From assembly GCA_965243025.1 (NCBI GenBank), contig CBDETY010000003.1, positions 3,360,001-3,424,000 of the forward strand: a stretch of DNA of 64,000 nucleotides. Reading direction: 5' to 3'. The DNA is from Candidatus Latescibacterota bacterium. Its GTDB lineage: Bacteria > Latescibacterota > UBA2968 > UBA8231. The first letter of the stretch is position 1, and the number at the start of each line of letters is the position of its first letter. Positions 1-9,364 of this stretch are shown here, one piece after another. The notes under the pieces are model-generated. The model saw nothing but the letters and a program-made list of their open reading frames with translations, searched no databases and was not told where the DNA came from. Made by a program: the position numbers and the translations under genes.

Positions 1-26
1 TCTGTTCGTTGGCGCCATGGCAGTCG

Positions 27-353
27 TCAGTCGCGGGGATCGCCGTCAGCGATTCCGGACAGCTTGACAGGCGGGCGGTCGGGAAACCTGGCGATGAGCG
101 AAAGGCTGCCGCCCATGGCCTCCACCGTCCTCCGCAACGTCGAAAGCAGCAGATCGCTTCGTTGCTCCAGCCGGGAGACCCCGTCCTGCGAGATCCCAAG
201 TTGGCGCGCGACGTGCGCCTGGGTGAGCTGCCGGGTATTGCGAAGCTGGCGCAGACTCATCTCCTCGGCAATGAGTTCCGTCGCCCGATCTTCGACCTTG
301 CCGCGCCGGGCAGGATCGAGCATCCCGATCTTTTCTTCCAGGTTCAATGGCAT
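27..353 (-). CDS. XRE-family HTH antitoxin (HigA-like), orphan
   Basis: MSLRQLRNTRQLTQAHVARQLGISQDGVSRLEQRSDLLLSTLRRTVEAMGG HTH; AGGAGG RBS precedes ATG at 353. Confidence 0.85.
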   Translation of the reverse strand: MPLNLEEKIGMLDPARRGKVEDRATELIAEEMSLRQLRNTRQLTQAHVARQLGISQDGVSRLEQRSDLLLSTLRRTVEAMGGSLSLIARFPDRPPVKLSGIADGDPRD

Positions 354-430
354 CAGGAACCTCCTTCGTTGCGAGCCGGGCAAAGTGCCGGTCGAACCGC
401 TGTCGGCCTTGCCGCCGGGATAGAAGGTGC
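354..430 (-). pseudogene. Remnant C-terminus of the cognate RelE/HigB-like toxin
   Basis: Frameshifted FY..GKAD / RFDRHFARL segment directly upstream of the antitoxin; resembles the usual C-terminus of such toxins. Confidence 0.45.
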
Positions 431-525
431 TCATGCCACGATGTCTTCAGAAACATATGTTGTCAAGGCCATGTTGTGGCTGGACTCCCATTACCGCCTC
501 GCCAGCACCTCCCCATGACCCTGGA

Positions 526-552
526 TTGACATATTTTTTCTCGCTATATTAC
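526..552 (+). promoter_or_regulatory. Possible sigma70 promoter of Xre-RES
   Basis: TTGACA at 526-531 followed by AT-rich TATATT/TATTAC; spacing is suboptimal. Confidence 0.4.
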
Positions 553-574
553 GTCATAAACTGTGAGGTATAGT

Positions 575-925
575 ATGCGATTCCATGAATTCGTCGAGGA
601 TCAGGTGTTTTCACCGACGCTCGTCGCCGACGCCCTGCGCACCACCAAGTCGGAGATCGCCGGCACCTTGGGCCTCGGAAAGGACGCATTTACGCGCGCA
701 TCCCGGGTCCGGGCGCGCAAAACGCAGATCCGCCTGCGCCAGATGCTGGAGATCCTGAACCGCGTTGAAGAGGAAACTGGATCCCCCCTAGCCGCCTACG
801 CTTGGTTCCGCTCCGAGCCGCTGCCCGGCTTTGGAGGCGCCACCCCGGATCAGTTGCTGCGCGAAGGCAGGGCCGATCAGGTGCGTGCCTACCTGGACCG
901 GATCATGGCAGGCGGCTATGCCTGA
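575..925 (+). CDS. Xre/MbcA/ParS-type antitoxin (DUF2384-like C-terminus)
   Basis: AYAWFRSEPLPGFGGATPDQLLREG..V..YL motif; GAGGT RBS; lies upstream of RES toxin. Confidence 0.88.
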   Translation: MRFHEFVEDQVFSPTLVADALRTTKSEIAGTLGLGKDAFTRASRVRARKTQIRLRQMLEILNRVEEETGSPLAAYAWFRSEPLPGFGGATPDQLLREGRADQVRAYLDRIMAGGYA

Positions 926-940
926 GTTCCTGCTGTCCTG

Positions 941-1450
941 ATGCGATTCCGGGGGAGGGTTTACCGGGCGCACAATCCCCAGTGGTCCTGGACGCCGTTG
1001 TCCGGGGAGGGCGCGCGCCGGTATGGCGGCCGCTTCAATCGGCGTGGAATTCCCGCGCTCTATACCTCGCTGGCGCCGCTGACCGCCGTACGCGAAGCGC
1101 AGCCCCTGGGCCGGACATTGGAGCCGATTACCCTTTGTGCCTATGAGGTCGATGCCGAGCCCGTCTTCGATGCGGTGGACGAAGAAAAGTGCCAATCCCT
1201 GGACGTTGACGATTCCGATTTAGCATGCCCCACCTGGGAAGCGCAGATGCTGGCCGGGGTCGTCCCCGCCTCGCAGTCGCTGGCCGACCGCCTGATCGCC
1301 GCAGGCTATGCCGGCATGCGGGTCCGAAGTTTCGCCGCCGGGTCTGGCGCCGACGACCTCAACCTTGTGATGTGGAGGTGGAGCCCCAACCGTCCAGACC
1401 GAGTCCTTCTCATTGACGACGAAGGTCGACTCTCAGGAGATCCAGCCTGA
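941..1450 (+). CDS. RES-domain toxin (NAD+ phosphorylase/ART-like)
   Basis: SGEGARRYGGRFN..G..ALYTS, conserved E (VREA) and S (VRSFA). Confidence 0.9.
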   Translation: MRFRGRVYRAHNPQWSWTPLSGEGARRYGGRFNRRGIPALYTSLAPLTAVREAQPLGRTLEPITLCAYEVDAEPVFDAVDEEKCQSLDVDDSDLACPTWEAQMLAGVVPASQSLADRLIAAGYAGMRVRSFAAGSGADDLNLVMWRWSPNRPDRVLLIDDEGRLSGDPA

Positions 1451-1573
1451 TTTTCGGGGAGTCGTGCAATTCGGGTAGTTCCTCTCCCTCCGTAGTCCAG
1501 AGCCCGCCCCGCAACCCCGAAATACAGTTTCCCCCTCGCTGTAGCGGAGCCCCACCCTCCCGGGCCGCCCACA

Positions 1574-1640
1574 TAACACGGTTAACCGGATGTTCCCCAG
1601 TCCCTGTTGACAAACCGGGAACATCGGTTAACATCGTTAA
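1574..1640 (+). promoter_or_regulatory. Promoter with TetR operators for the efflux operon
   Basis: TTGACA 1607-1612 and TAACAT 1629-1634; two TAAC-N3-GTTA palindromes (1574-1584, 1629-1639); long IR GTTAACCGGATGTTCCC/GGGAACATCGGTTAAC. Confidence 0.7.
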
Positions 1641-1643
1641 CTC

Positions 1644-3719
1644 ATGGACCGTATCGATATCCTCACCAGGGCCTGCGAGCTCTACCTCGAGGGCGGGGCC
1701 GAAGCCGTTTCCATGCGCCGGCTCGCCCGCGACCTCGGGGTCACCGCGCCGGCCCTCTACCGCCACTACGACAGCCGCGAGGAGATGCTCCTCGACGTCG
1801 TCGCCGAAGCCTACCGGCGGCTGAGCGAGCGGCTCTACGGCGCCCTCTCCGGCCGCACCCCCGCCGAACGGCTCTACCTGGCGGGGCAGGCCTACCTCGA
1901 CTTCGCCCTCGACCAGCCGAAGTACTACGAGATGCTCTACACCCCCGCCCACACTCTCGGCGCGGAGGAGTTTCCCGAGCAGGTGACGGAGCAGGTCGCC
2001 AGCGTCGGCCGCTTCTTCAACGACCGCGTGCGCGAGTGCATCGACGCCGGCCTCTTCCAGCCGCTCGACCCGGCCGACGTGTCCCGCACCCTGTGGGCCC
2101 ACGCCCACGGCCTGATCTCCATCTACCTGCGCGGCTGCCTGCACATGGACGCCGAGGAGTTCCGCCGCCACTACAGGGCTTCGAGCCGGCGGGCGATCAC
2201 CGGCATGGCCACCCCGGCGTACGAGGCGGAGATGGGCCGCGCCATCGAGGACCTCTCCCGGACGGAGGCCGCCTCCAAAGCCGGCGGCAGGGGCCGCCTG
2301 CGCACGGGTGCGGCGACCGGGCTGGCCTGGATCCTGCTTTCCTGGGGCGGGGCAACCGCCGCCGCCGAAACCGCGCCGCCGGCCCCGGAGCTGCTCCTGA
2401 GCATCGACGAGGTGGTGGACCTCGCCCTGGACCGCAGCCGCGAGTTGGCCGAGGCGCGGCTGCTGCTGACCGAGGCCGAGGAGCAGGTTTCCGAGGCCCG
2501 GGGGGAGATGTTCCCGAGCCTCGACTTCTCGGCCAGCTACGTCCGCAACATCGCGCCGCCGGTCTTCTTCATGCCGGCGATGATCTTCAATCCCGCGGCC
2601 CGTCCCGGGGAGTTCCTGCCCCTGGAGTTCAGCGCCGACAACAGCTGGCAGAGCGCCCTCACCCTGCGGCAGCCCCTGTTCGACCCGAGGGGCCTCTTCG
2701 GCCTCGCCGCGGCCGACAACTTCCGGCGGCTGCGCACCGAGATGGTCCGCGGCCACTCCCAGCAGGTGGCGACGCGGGTGCGCCTGCTCTGCTACGAGCT
2801 GCTGCTGCGCGGCGAGGAGGTGCTCCTGACCGAGCGGTCGCTCGAGCGCCTGCGGCAGGCCCTCGAGGAGACCCGCGGCCGGGCCCGGGCGGGCCTGGCT
2901 TCCGACTACGACGTGCTGCGCCTCGAGGTCGAGCTGGCCAATCTCGAGCCGCAGCTGCTGCTGGCCCGCAACGCCAGGGAATCGGCGCGGCGCCGGCTCG
3001 GCCTGGAGCTGGCCCTCGACGACCCCGGCCGGGTGCGGTTGTCCGAAGGCGAGGCCCTCACCGGCACGGAGGCCGGTCCGGGGCTGCCGGCCGGGGATCT
3101 GGTGCAGACGGCGCTGGCTCACCGCTCCGACGTGCGCCAGTTCGAACAGACCAGCGAGCTGGGCCGCAGACAGGTGCAGCTCGAGCAGGTGGAGTACCTG
3201 CCCAAGGTCTCCCTGTTCGCCACCTGGGACGTGCAGGCGCAGCAGAACGGAGGGCTCGATTTCTTCGGCAGCGAGGACAACCGCGCCACCAGCAAGATCG
3301 CCGGCGTGTCCGTGGACCTGCCCCTGTTCTCCGGCCTGCAGCGGGACGCCCGCGTCGACCAGCGGCGGGCGGCCCTGCGCCAGGCGCAGCTGCGGGAGCA
3401 GATGGCCCGGGACGAAGCCGCGGTCCAGGTCCGCGACCTCGAGGAGGCGCTGGCCGCAGCCGTCCAGCGCGAGAAGGGGCAGCGGCTGGCCGTATCCCAG
3501 GCCCGGCGGGGGTTCGAGATCGCCAGCGCCCGCTACCGCGAGGGGCTCGGCAGCCGCCTCGAGGTGACCGACGCCGAGGTCGCCCTGCGGCAGAGCGAGT
3601 TCAACATGGCCCGGGCCGCCCACGACCTGCTCGCCGGCAGGGCCCGGCTCGACCTCGCCATCGGGCGGGTGCCCCCCGTCGACGGCGAGGCCGTTACCGA
3701 TCGGAAGGAGACGGAGTGA
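1644..3719 (+). CDS. TetR-family regulator fused in frame to a TolC-family outer-membrane efflux protein
   Basis: N-terminal TetR HTH (SMRRLARDLGVTAPALYRHY) and WHG-like C-domain; internal signal-like helix; then OEP features (PSLDFSASY, YLPKVSL, LPLFSG, RYREGLGSRLEV.DAE); no stop codon between the domains. Confidence 0.8.
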   Translation: MDRIDILTRACELYLEGGAEAVSMRRLARDLGVTAPALYRHYDSREEMLLDVVAEAYRRLSERLYGALSGRTPAERLYLAGQAYLDFALDQPKYYEMLYTPAHTLGAEEFPEQVTEQVASVGRFFNDRVRECIDAGLFQPLDPADVSRTLWAHAHGLISIYLRGCLHMDAEEFRRHYRASSRRAITGMATPAYEAEMGRAIEDLSRTEAASKAGGRGRLRTGAATGLAWILLSWGGATAAAETAPPAPELLLSIDEVVDLALDRSRELAEARLLLTEAEEQVSEARGEMFPSLDFSASYVRNIAPPVFFMPAMIFNPAARPGEFLPLEFSADNSWQSALTLRQPLFDPRGLFGLAAADNFRRLRTEMVRGHSQQVATRVRLLCYELLLRGEEVLLTERSLERLRQALEETRGRARAGLASDYDVLRLEVELANLEPQLLLARNARESARRRLGLELALDDPGRVRLSEGEALTGTEAGPGLPAGDLVQTALAHRSDVRQFEQTSELGRRQVQLEQVEYLPKVSLFATWDVQAQQNGGLDFFGSEDNRATSKIAGVSVDLPLFSGLQRDARVDQRRAALRQAQLREQMARDEAAVQVRDLEEALAAAVQREKGQRLAVSQARRGFEIASARYREGLGSRLEVTDAEVALRQSEFNMARAAHDLLAGRARLDLAIGRVPPVDGEAVTDRKETE

Positions 3720-4846
3720 GGAACCAACTGCCATCGCGGCGCCGCGTCCTGGGCGCCCTGCTGCCGGCCGCCGGCGCGGCCCTGCTCGCCCTCGGGGGCT
3801 GCGGGGAAGCGCCCGGGGCCGCCGACGAGTCCGCCGCCCCGGAAGGGTCTGCTTCCCGCGAGGCGGCAGCGGCGGCCAACGGCCGCGTCGTCAACGTCGA
3901 AGTCGATACCCTGGTCCCGCGGGCCTTCACCGACGCCATCCGCCTGACCGGCACGGTGCGCGCCGACCGCGAGGTGATGCTCGCCGCCGAGGAGGGCGGC
4001 ACCGTGGCCGCGGTCCCGGCCGACAAGGGGGACCAGGTGCGCCGCGGCCAGGCCCTGGTCCGCCTGGAGGACGACCTGCTGCGGGCACAGCGCGACGAGG
4101 CCGAGGCCCAGGCGGCCCTCGACGCCGACCAGTGGGGGCGCCGGAAGCGGCTCTACGAAGTGGACGGAATCGGCACCGAAGAGGAGTACGTCGAAGCCCG
4201 GCTCGCCGCCGATCAGTCCAGGGCCCGGCTCGACCTGATCGAAGCGCGCCTGCGCCGCGCCGTGGTGCGCGCCCCCTTCGACGGGGTGATCGACCTGCGC
4301 CTCGTCGAGGTCGGCTCCGTCGTCGCCCCGGGCCAGCCGGTGGCCCGCATCCTCGACCTCGAGCCGCTGAAGGTGACCGCCGGCGTTCCCGAGCGCTACG
4401 CGGCGAAGGTGGCCCCCGGCGACCGGGCGACCGTCGCCTTCGCCGCCCTCGAGGACACCTGCGGGGCCGCCGTGTCCTACGTCGGGGCCGCGGTCGACGG
4501 CGGCCAGCGCACCTTCCCCGTCGAGCTCGACCTCGAGCGTCCGGTGGCCGGGGCCAAGCCGGCCATGGTCGCCGAGGTCACCCTCGTGCTCGAGGTCCAC
4601 CCGGGGGCGATAGTGGTGCCGAATCAGGCCCTGGTGCGCACCGAGGAGGGCTTCACCGCCTTCGTCGCCGCCGACGGAGTGGACGGCCCCGTCGCCCGGG
4701 CGCGCCCCGTCACCCTCGGCGCCTCCGGCGGCGACGAGGTGGTGGCCACTTCCGGGCTGTCAGAGGCTGAACGCCTGATCGTCGTCGGCCAGGAACAGGT
4801 TGCCGACGGCGACCGCCTGCGCATCGTACCGCGCCGCGGCCTGTGA
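3716..4846 (+). CDS. RND periplasmic adaptor (MFP) lipoprotein
   Basis: GTG overlaps upstream TGA; lipobox LGGC; VRAPFDGVI biotinyl-lipoyl motif. Confidence 0.9.
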   Translation: MRNQLPSRRRVLGALLPAAGAALLALGGCGEAPGAADESAAPEGSASREAAAAANGRVVNVEVDTLVPRAFTDAIRLTGTVRADREVMLAAEEGGTVAAVPADKGDQVRRGQALVRLEDDLLRAQRDEAEAQAALDADQWGRRKRLYEVDGIGTEEEYVEARLAADQSRARLDLIEARLRRAVVRAPFDGVIDLRLVEVGSVVAPGQPVARILDLEPLKVTAGVPERYAAKVAPGDRATVAFAALEDTCGAAVSYVGAAVDGGQRTFPVELDLERPVAGAKPAMVAEVTLVLEVHPGAIVVPNQALVRTEEGFTAFVAADGVDGPVARARPVTLGASGGDEVVATSGLSEAERLIVVGQEQVADGDRLRIVPRRGL

Positions 4847-7800
4847 GCGGGCCCGAGATGACCGATCGTCCGCGCGACAACGACGCCTTCAACGAGCTGC
4901 CCGTCACCTCCTGGGCGGTGCGCCACGGCACCAGCGTGCTCATGCTGTTCGCCATCATCGCCCTGGCCGGCACCCTGGCCTACCGCGGCGTCCCCAAGGA
5001 GGCCTTCCCCGAGATCGAGATCCCCGTGATCGCGGTGAACACCATTTACCCGGGGGTGTCGCCGAAGGACATGGAGTCGCTGGTGACGCGGGTGATGGAG
5101 CAGGAGCTCAGGACCATCCCCGACCTCAAGGAGCTGACCTCGACCTCGGTCGAGGGCTACTCGAGCGTGGTCGCCGAGTTCAGCACCGAGGTCGACCTGC
5201 ACGAGGCCCTGCGGCAGGTGCGCGAGAGGGTCGACCTCGCCAAGGCCGAGCTCCCCGCCGACGCCGAGGAGCCCCGCATCTTCGAGTTCGACTTCGAGGA
5301 GGTGCCGATCCTGCAGGTCAACCTGTCCGGGGAGTACGGGCTGGTCCGCCTCAAGGAGGTGGGCGAAAAGCTTCAGGACCGCCTCGAGCAGATCCCGTCG
5401 GTTCTGCGCGTCGACCTGCGCGGAGGCCGGGAGCGCGAGGTACAGGTCGACGTCTCCCTGCCGCGGCTGCTCTACTACGGCCTGACCCTGAAGGACGTGG
5501 TAGAGACGGTGCGCAACGAGAACGTCAACATCCCAGGGGGCTCGATCGACGTCGGCGAGCGGAAGTTCCTGGTCCGCGTCGACGGCGAGATCGACGACCC
5601 GCTGTCGATCGGCGACCTCGTGGTGGACGCCCCGGGGGGCCGCCCGGTGTACGTGCGCGACGTCGCCGAGGTGGATTTCGGGTTCGCCGAGCGCCAGAGC
5701 TACGCCCGCCTCGACGGCCTGCCCGTGGTGACCCTCGACGTTATCAAGCGCACGGGGAAGAACATCATCGAGACGGCCGACGCCGTGCACGCGGCGATCG
5801 CGGCGATGGAGGCGGACTTCCCCCCCAACACGGTAGTGAAGACCACCTCGGACATGTCCCGCGACATCCGCATGATGGTCAACAGCCTGGAGAACAACAT
5901 CCTCTCCGGCCTGCTGCTGATCGTCGGGGTGCTCCTGTTCTTCCTCGGCGTGCGCACCTCGGTCTTCGTCGGCGTCGCCATCCCGACCTCGATGCTGCTC
6001 TCCTTTCTCCTCCTCGGGCTGCTCGGGGTGACCATGAACATGGTGGTCCTGTTCTCGCTGATCCTCTCCCTCGGCATGCTGGTCGACAACGCCATCGTCA
6101 TCGTCGAGAACACCTACCGCTACGTCGAGGAGGGCTGGGAGCGGGCCACGGCGGCGCGCAAGGCGGTCGGGGAGGTGGCCCTGCCCGTCATCGCCTCGAC
6201 ATTGACGACCCTGGCCGCCTTCGGTCCGCTGCTGTTCTGGACCGGCACCGTCGGCGAGTTCATGAAGTACCTGCCCACGACCCTGATCGTGACCCTGTCG
6301 AGCTCCCTGTTCGTCGCCCTCGTGATCGTCCCGGTGCTGTGCAGCCGCTGGCTGCGCCTGGAAGGGGAACGCCCGCCAACGCTGCCGCGGAGCGGACGCC
6401 GGGGGCTGATCGCCCTGGCCGTCCTGGCCGCCGCCGGGCTGGCCGCGGCCAACGCCCTGACCCTGGTCCTGCTGATCGTCACCGCCCTGGCCGCCATGGT
6501 TGCCCACCGCTGGATCCTCGGACCCCTGGCCCGCCGCTTCCAGGGGAAGGGCCTTCCCTGGCTGGTCGACCGCTACGAGGGCGTCCTCGAGTGGGCCCTC
6601 GGCCACCGTTTCACCGTCGTGGCCGGATCCTTCTCGGTGCTGGCCGCCATGGTCGTCGCCTTCTCCTTCTTCAACAGCGGCATCGTGTTCTTCCCCGAGG
6701 ACATTCCACCGCGGCAGGTCTGGGTCGACGCCGAGGCGCCGGTAGGCACGCGCCCCCAGTTCCTCGACGGCATCGCCCGCGAGCTGGAGCTGCAGGTGCG
6801 CGGCGTCGAGGGGTACGAGGACGCCGAATCGGCGGTGACCACCGTCGGGGCCGGGGGCAGCCCGCTGATAGGGGGCACCCAGGGAGCCAGCGACGCGCGC
6901 CTGATGGTGAGCTTCACCGACTACCAGGAACGCCGGTTCGACAGCTTCGGGACCCTGGCGCGCATGCAGGAAAGGGTGGGGCGCGAGATCGCCGGGGCCG
7001 AGATCTCGGTGGACAAGCCGGTGGACGGCCCGCCCCAGGGGGCGCCGGTCAACATCGAGATCGCCGGCAAGGATCCGGCGGTGCTGAAGGACCTGTCCGA
7101 CCGCGTCCTGCAGATCCTGAGAAGCTCCCCGGTGGCCGGCAAGCTCAGCGGCCTGGAGAGCGACCTCGACGAGGCCCGCCCGGAGCTTGCCGTGCACGTC
7201 GACCGCGAAAGGGCCGCCCTGTACGGCCTGTCGACGGCGGACGTGGCCGGCGTGGTGCGCACCGCCGTGCAGGGCACCGAGGCGAGCCGTTACCGCACCG
7301 GCAACGACGAGTACGACATCGTCGTCCGTCTCGCCGAGCCCTGGCGGAAGGACCTCGAATCGCTGCGCGACCTGGTCGTCCAGAACGGACCGGGGGAGCC
7401 GATCCCGCTGGTGTCGGTGGCCCGCTGGACGGTGGGAGAAGGGCTCGGCTCGATCCGCCGCAAGGATATGGACCGCATGGCGACGATCAGCTCCGACGTG
7501 CGCGCCGGACTCAACAAGAACGCCGTGCTCGCCGAGGTGCAGCAGAGCCTGGCGCGGTTCGCCGACGACGAGCTGCCCCCGGGCTACACGGTGCGCTACA
7601 CCGGCCAGCAGGAGGACCAGGCCGAGGCCATGTCGTTCCTGACCACCGCCTTCCTGGCCGCCCTGGGTTTGATCGCCTTCATCCTCGTGACCCAGTTCAA
7701 CTCGGTGATCAAGCCCCTCATCATCCTGACGTCGGTGATCATGTCGACCGCCGGGGTCCTGTTCGGCCTGATGGTGTTCCGCATGCCCTTCGGGATCATC

Positions 7801-8259
7801 ATGACCGGCGTCGGCGTCATCTCCCTGGCCGGGATCGTCGTCAACAACGCCATCGTCCTCGTCCACTACATCGACGTGCTGCGCCGGCGCGACGGCCTCG
7901 AGCGCCAGGCCGCCCTCGTCCGGGCCGGGCGCACCCGCCTGCGGCCGGTGATCCTGACCGCGGTCACCACCGCGCTGGGCCTGGTGCCGCTGGCCATCGG
8001 CCTCAACTTCGACTTCTTCGGCCTCTACGGCAGCCTCGACCCGGACCTGTTCTGGGGGGGCGAGCAGGCGGCGTGGTGGGGCCCGATGGCGATCGCCGTG
8101 ATCGTCGGCATCCTCTTCGCCACCTTCCTGACCCTGGTCCTGGTGCCGGTGATGTACTCGCTGACCGACGACATGGGGCGATTCTTCGGCCGTCACTTCT
8201 CCGCGGCGGCAGAGCCTGCGGAGAGCCCTGGAAGCAGCGTCCCGGTTCCAGGCGGTTGA
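4843..8259 (+). CDS. RND efflux permease (AcrB/AcrD/AcrF family)
   Basis: GMLVDNAIVIVEN, GIVVNNAIVL, RLRPVILTA motifs; two TM blocks. Confidence 0.95.
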   Translation: MSGPEMTDRPRDNDAFNELPVTSWAVRHGTSVLMLFAIIALAGTLAYRGVPKEAFPEIEIPVIAVNTIYPGVSPKDMESLVTRVMEQELRTIPDLKELTSTSVEGYSSVVAEFSTEVDLHEALRQVRERVDLAKAELPADAEEPRIFEFDFEEVPILQVNLSGEYGLVRLKEVGEKLQDRLEQIPSVLRVDLRGGREREVQVDVSLPRLLYYGLTLKDVVETVRNENVNIPGGSIDVGERKFLVRVDGEIDDPLSIGDLVVDAPGGRPVYVRDVAEVDFGFAERQSYARLDGLPVVTLDVIKRTGKNIIETADAVHAAIAAMEADFPPNTVVKTTSDMSRDIRMMVNSLENNILSGLLLIVGVLLFFLGVRTSVFVGVAIPTSMLLSFLLLGLLGVTMNMVVLFSLILSLGMLVDNAIVIVENTYRYVEEGWERATAARKAVGEVALPVIASTLTTLAAFGPLLFWTGTVGEFMKYLPTTLIVTLSSSLFVALVIVPVLCSRWLRLEGERPPTLPRSGRRGLIALAVLAAAGLAAANALTLVLLIVTALAAMVAHRWILGPLARRFQGKGLPWLVDRYEGVLEWALGHRFTVVAGSFSVLAAMVVAFSFFNSGIVFFPEDIPPRQVWVDAEAPVGTRPQFLDGIARELELQVRGVEGYEDAESAVTTVGAGGSPLIGGTQGASDARLMVSFTDYQERRFDSFGTLARMQERVGREIAGAEISVDKPVDGPPQGAPVNIEIAGKDPAVLKDLSDRVLQILRSSPVAGKLSGLESDLDEARPELAVHVDRERAALYGLSTADVAGVVRTAVQGTEASRYRTGNDEYDIVVRLAEPWRKDLESLRDLVVQNGPGEPIPLVSVARWTVGEGLGSIRRKDMDRMATISSDVRAGLNKNAVLAEVQQSLARFADDELPPGYTVRYTGQQEDQAEAMSFLTTAFLAALGLIAFILVTQFNSVIKPLIILTSVIMSTAGVLFGLMVFRMPFGIIMTGVGVISLAGIVVNNAIVLVHYIDVLRRRDGLERQAALVRAGRTRLRPVILTAVTTALGLVPLAIGLNFDFFGLYGSLDPDLFWGGEQAAWWGPMAIAVIVGILFATFLTLVLVPVMYSLTDDMGRFFGRHFSAAAEPAESPGSSVPVPGG

Positions 8260-8333
8260 CGGGTCCGAAGCAGTTACGAGAGCGAGGCTGGCCCCGGGGA
8301 ACCCAGCGGGCCCCGGCAACCTGGCACTGCGGC

Positions 8334-8350
8334 TGAGGGGCAGCCCTCAG
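8334..8350. terminator. Hairpin between convergent genes
   Basis: CTGAGGG-loop-CCCTCAG stem; no U-tract. Confidence 0.3.
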
Positions 8351-8407
8351 AGGCTGTCCTGGACCCCTGCCTGCCCCTGCTCCTGCCAGTCGGCTTCTCG
8401 TGGACAG

Positions 8408-9271
8408 TCACCGACTCCTATGGGTGTGCCAACGCTCGCTTACAAAGCGGGCAACCCCGTCCTCTTCGTTGGTTTCGATGGTCCCGGTCGCCTGTTCCTT
8501 GAGGGCGGGAATGGCATTGGCCACCGCCAGGGCCTCGTCAGCCGCCGCGAACATGCCCAGGTCGTTTCCGTGGTCTCCAAATACGACCAGGGGTCGGTCT
8601 TCCAGTCCCCGCAGGCGCTTGAGACTCAGGATTCCCCGGTCTTTGGTGGCGCGGGCATCCTGGATGGTCAGCCAGTGCCATCCAGGTGAATACTGATTCT
8701 CGTAGAAGTGGGTCTGCACGCGCCCGGCGTGGCGATGGCCGATCTCCCCGGCCAATCTCTCCAGCTCCGGACCAAGGCCGATCACGGTAAGGCAGACCAC
8801 CTGGTCGTCCAGGCCGCTTTCCAGGTCGGCCAGGTACCGCATGCGCGGATCCCGGTGGCGCCGCCTGTCCCGGACGTACCAGGCCATGCCCTCGTTGGCG
8901 ATATCGCGGTAGTAGCAGCGATCGGCGGTGCCGTCGAAGGCCGAGATGAAGGGGATATGTCCGGCGGCGGAAATCTGCTGCCACAGATCCGGCAGAATGT
9001 CCCGGGCCAGGTCGTTGACGAGGTAGTGCCGGCCGCTCCCCAGATCGGAAACAAAGGCCCCGTTGCATTCGACCACCGGCAATCGCAGGGATAAACCGTC
9101 CAGCAGGTGGCGCATGGAGGCTATGCTGCGGGCGCTGGCCACGGTGAAGAGCAGACCCTGATCCACCAGGCCGTTGAGGGTATCCCGGGTGAACGGAGAG
9201 AGCGATCTGTCGTTGCGCAGCAGGGTGCCGTCCAGATCGGAGACGTACAGAGGTGACTCGGCGGTTTTCAT
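8408..9271 (-). CDS. Cof-type HAD hydrolase (subfamily IIB)
   Basis: SDLDGTLL, ASAR, FGDHGNDLGMF motifs. Confidence 0.92.
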   Translation of the reverse strand: MKTAESPLYVSDLDGTLLRNDRSLSPFTRDTLNGLVDQGLLFTVASARSIASMRHLLDGLSLRLPVVECNGAFVSDLGSGRHYLVNDLARDILPDLWQQISAAGHIPFISAFDGTADRCYYRDIANEGMAWYVRDRRRHRDPRMRYLADLESGLDDQVVCLTVIGLGPELERLAGEIGHRHAGRVQTHFYENQYSPGWHWLTIQDARATKDRGILSLKRLRGLEDRPLVVFGDHGNDLGMFAAADEALAVANAIPALKEQATGTIETNEEDGVARFVSERWHTHRSR

Positions 9272-9364
9272 GCGGCCCCTTTGCCTGCAGGTGAACCCGG
9301 GGGGAATTCCCGGATCATTAATGTGCAGTACGATCCGACCGGGCCGGTATTTGGAGGGAGTTGC

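Noticed and set aside
1410-8336. Very long overlapping ORFs (1410-3734 -, 4624-8319 -, 4800-8336 +, and the N-terminal two-thirds of 1607-4846)
   Set aside because: Shadow ORFs typical of high-GC DNA; Arg/Pro/Gly-rich with no motifs and overlapping clear genes. The same applies to most other alternate-frame ORFs in the window.
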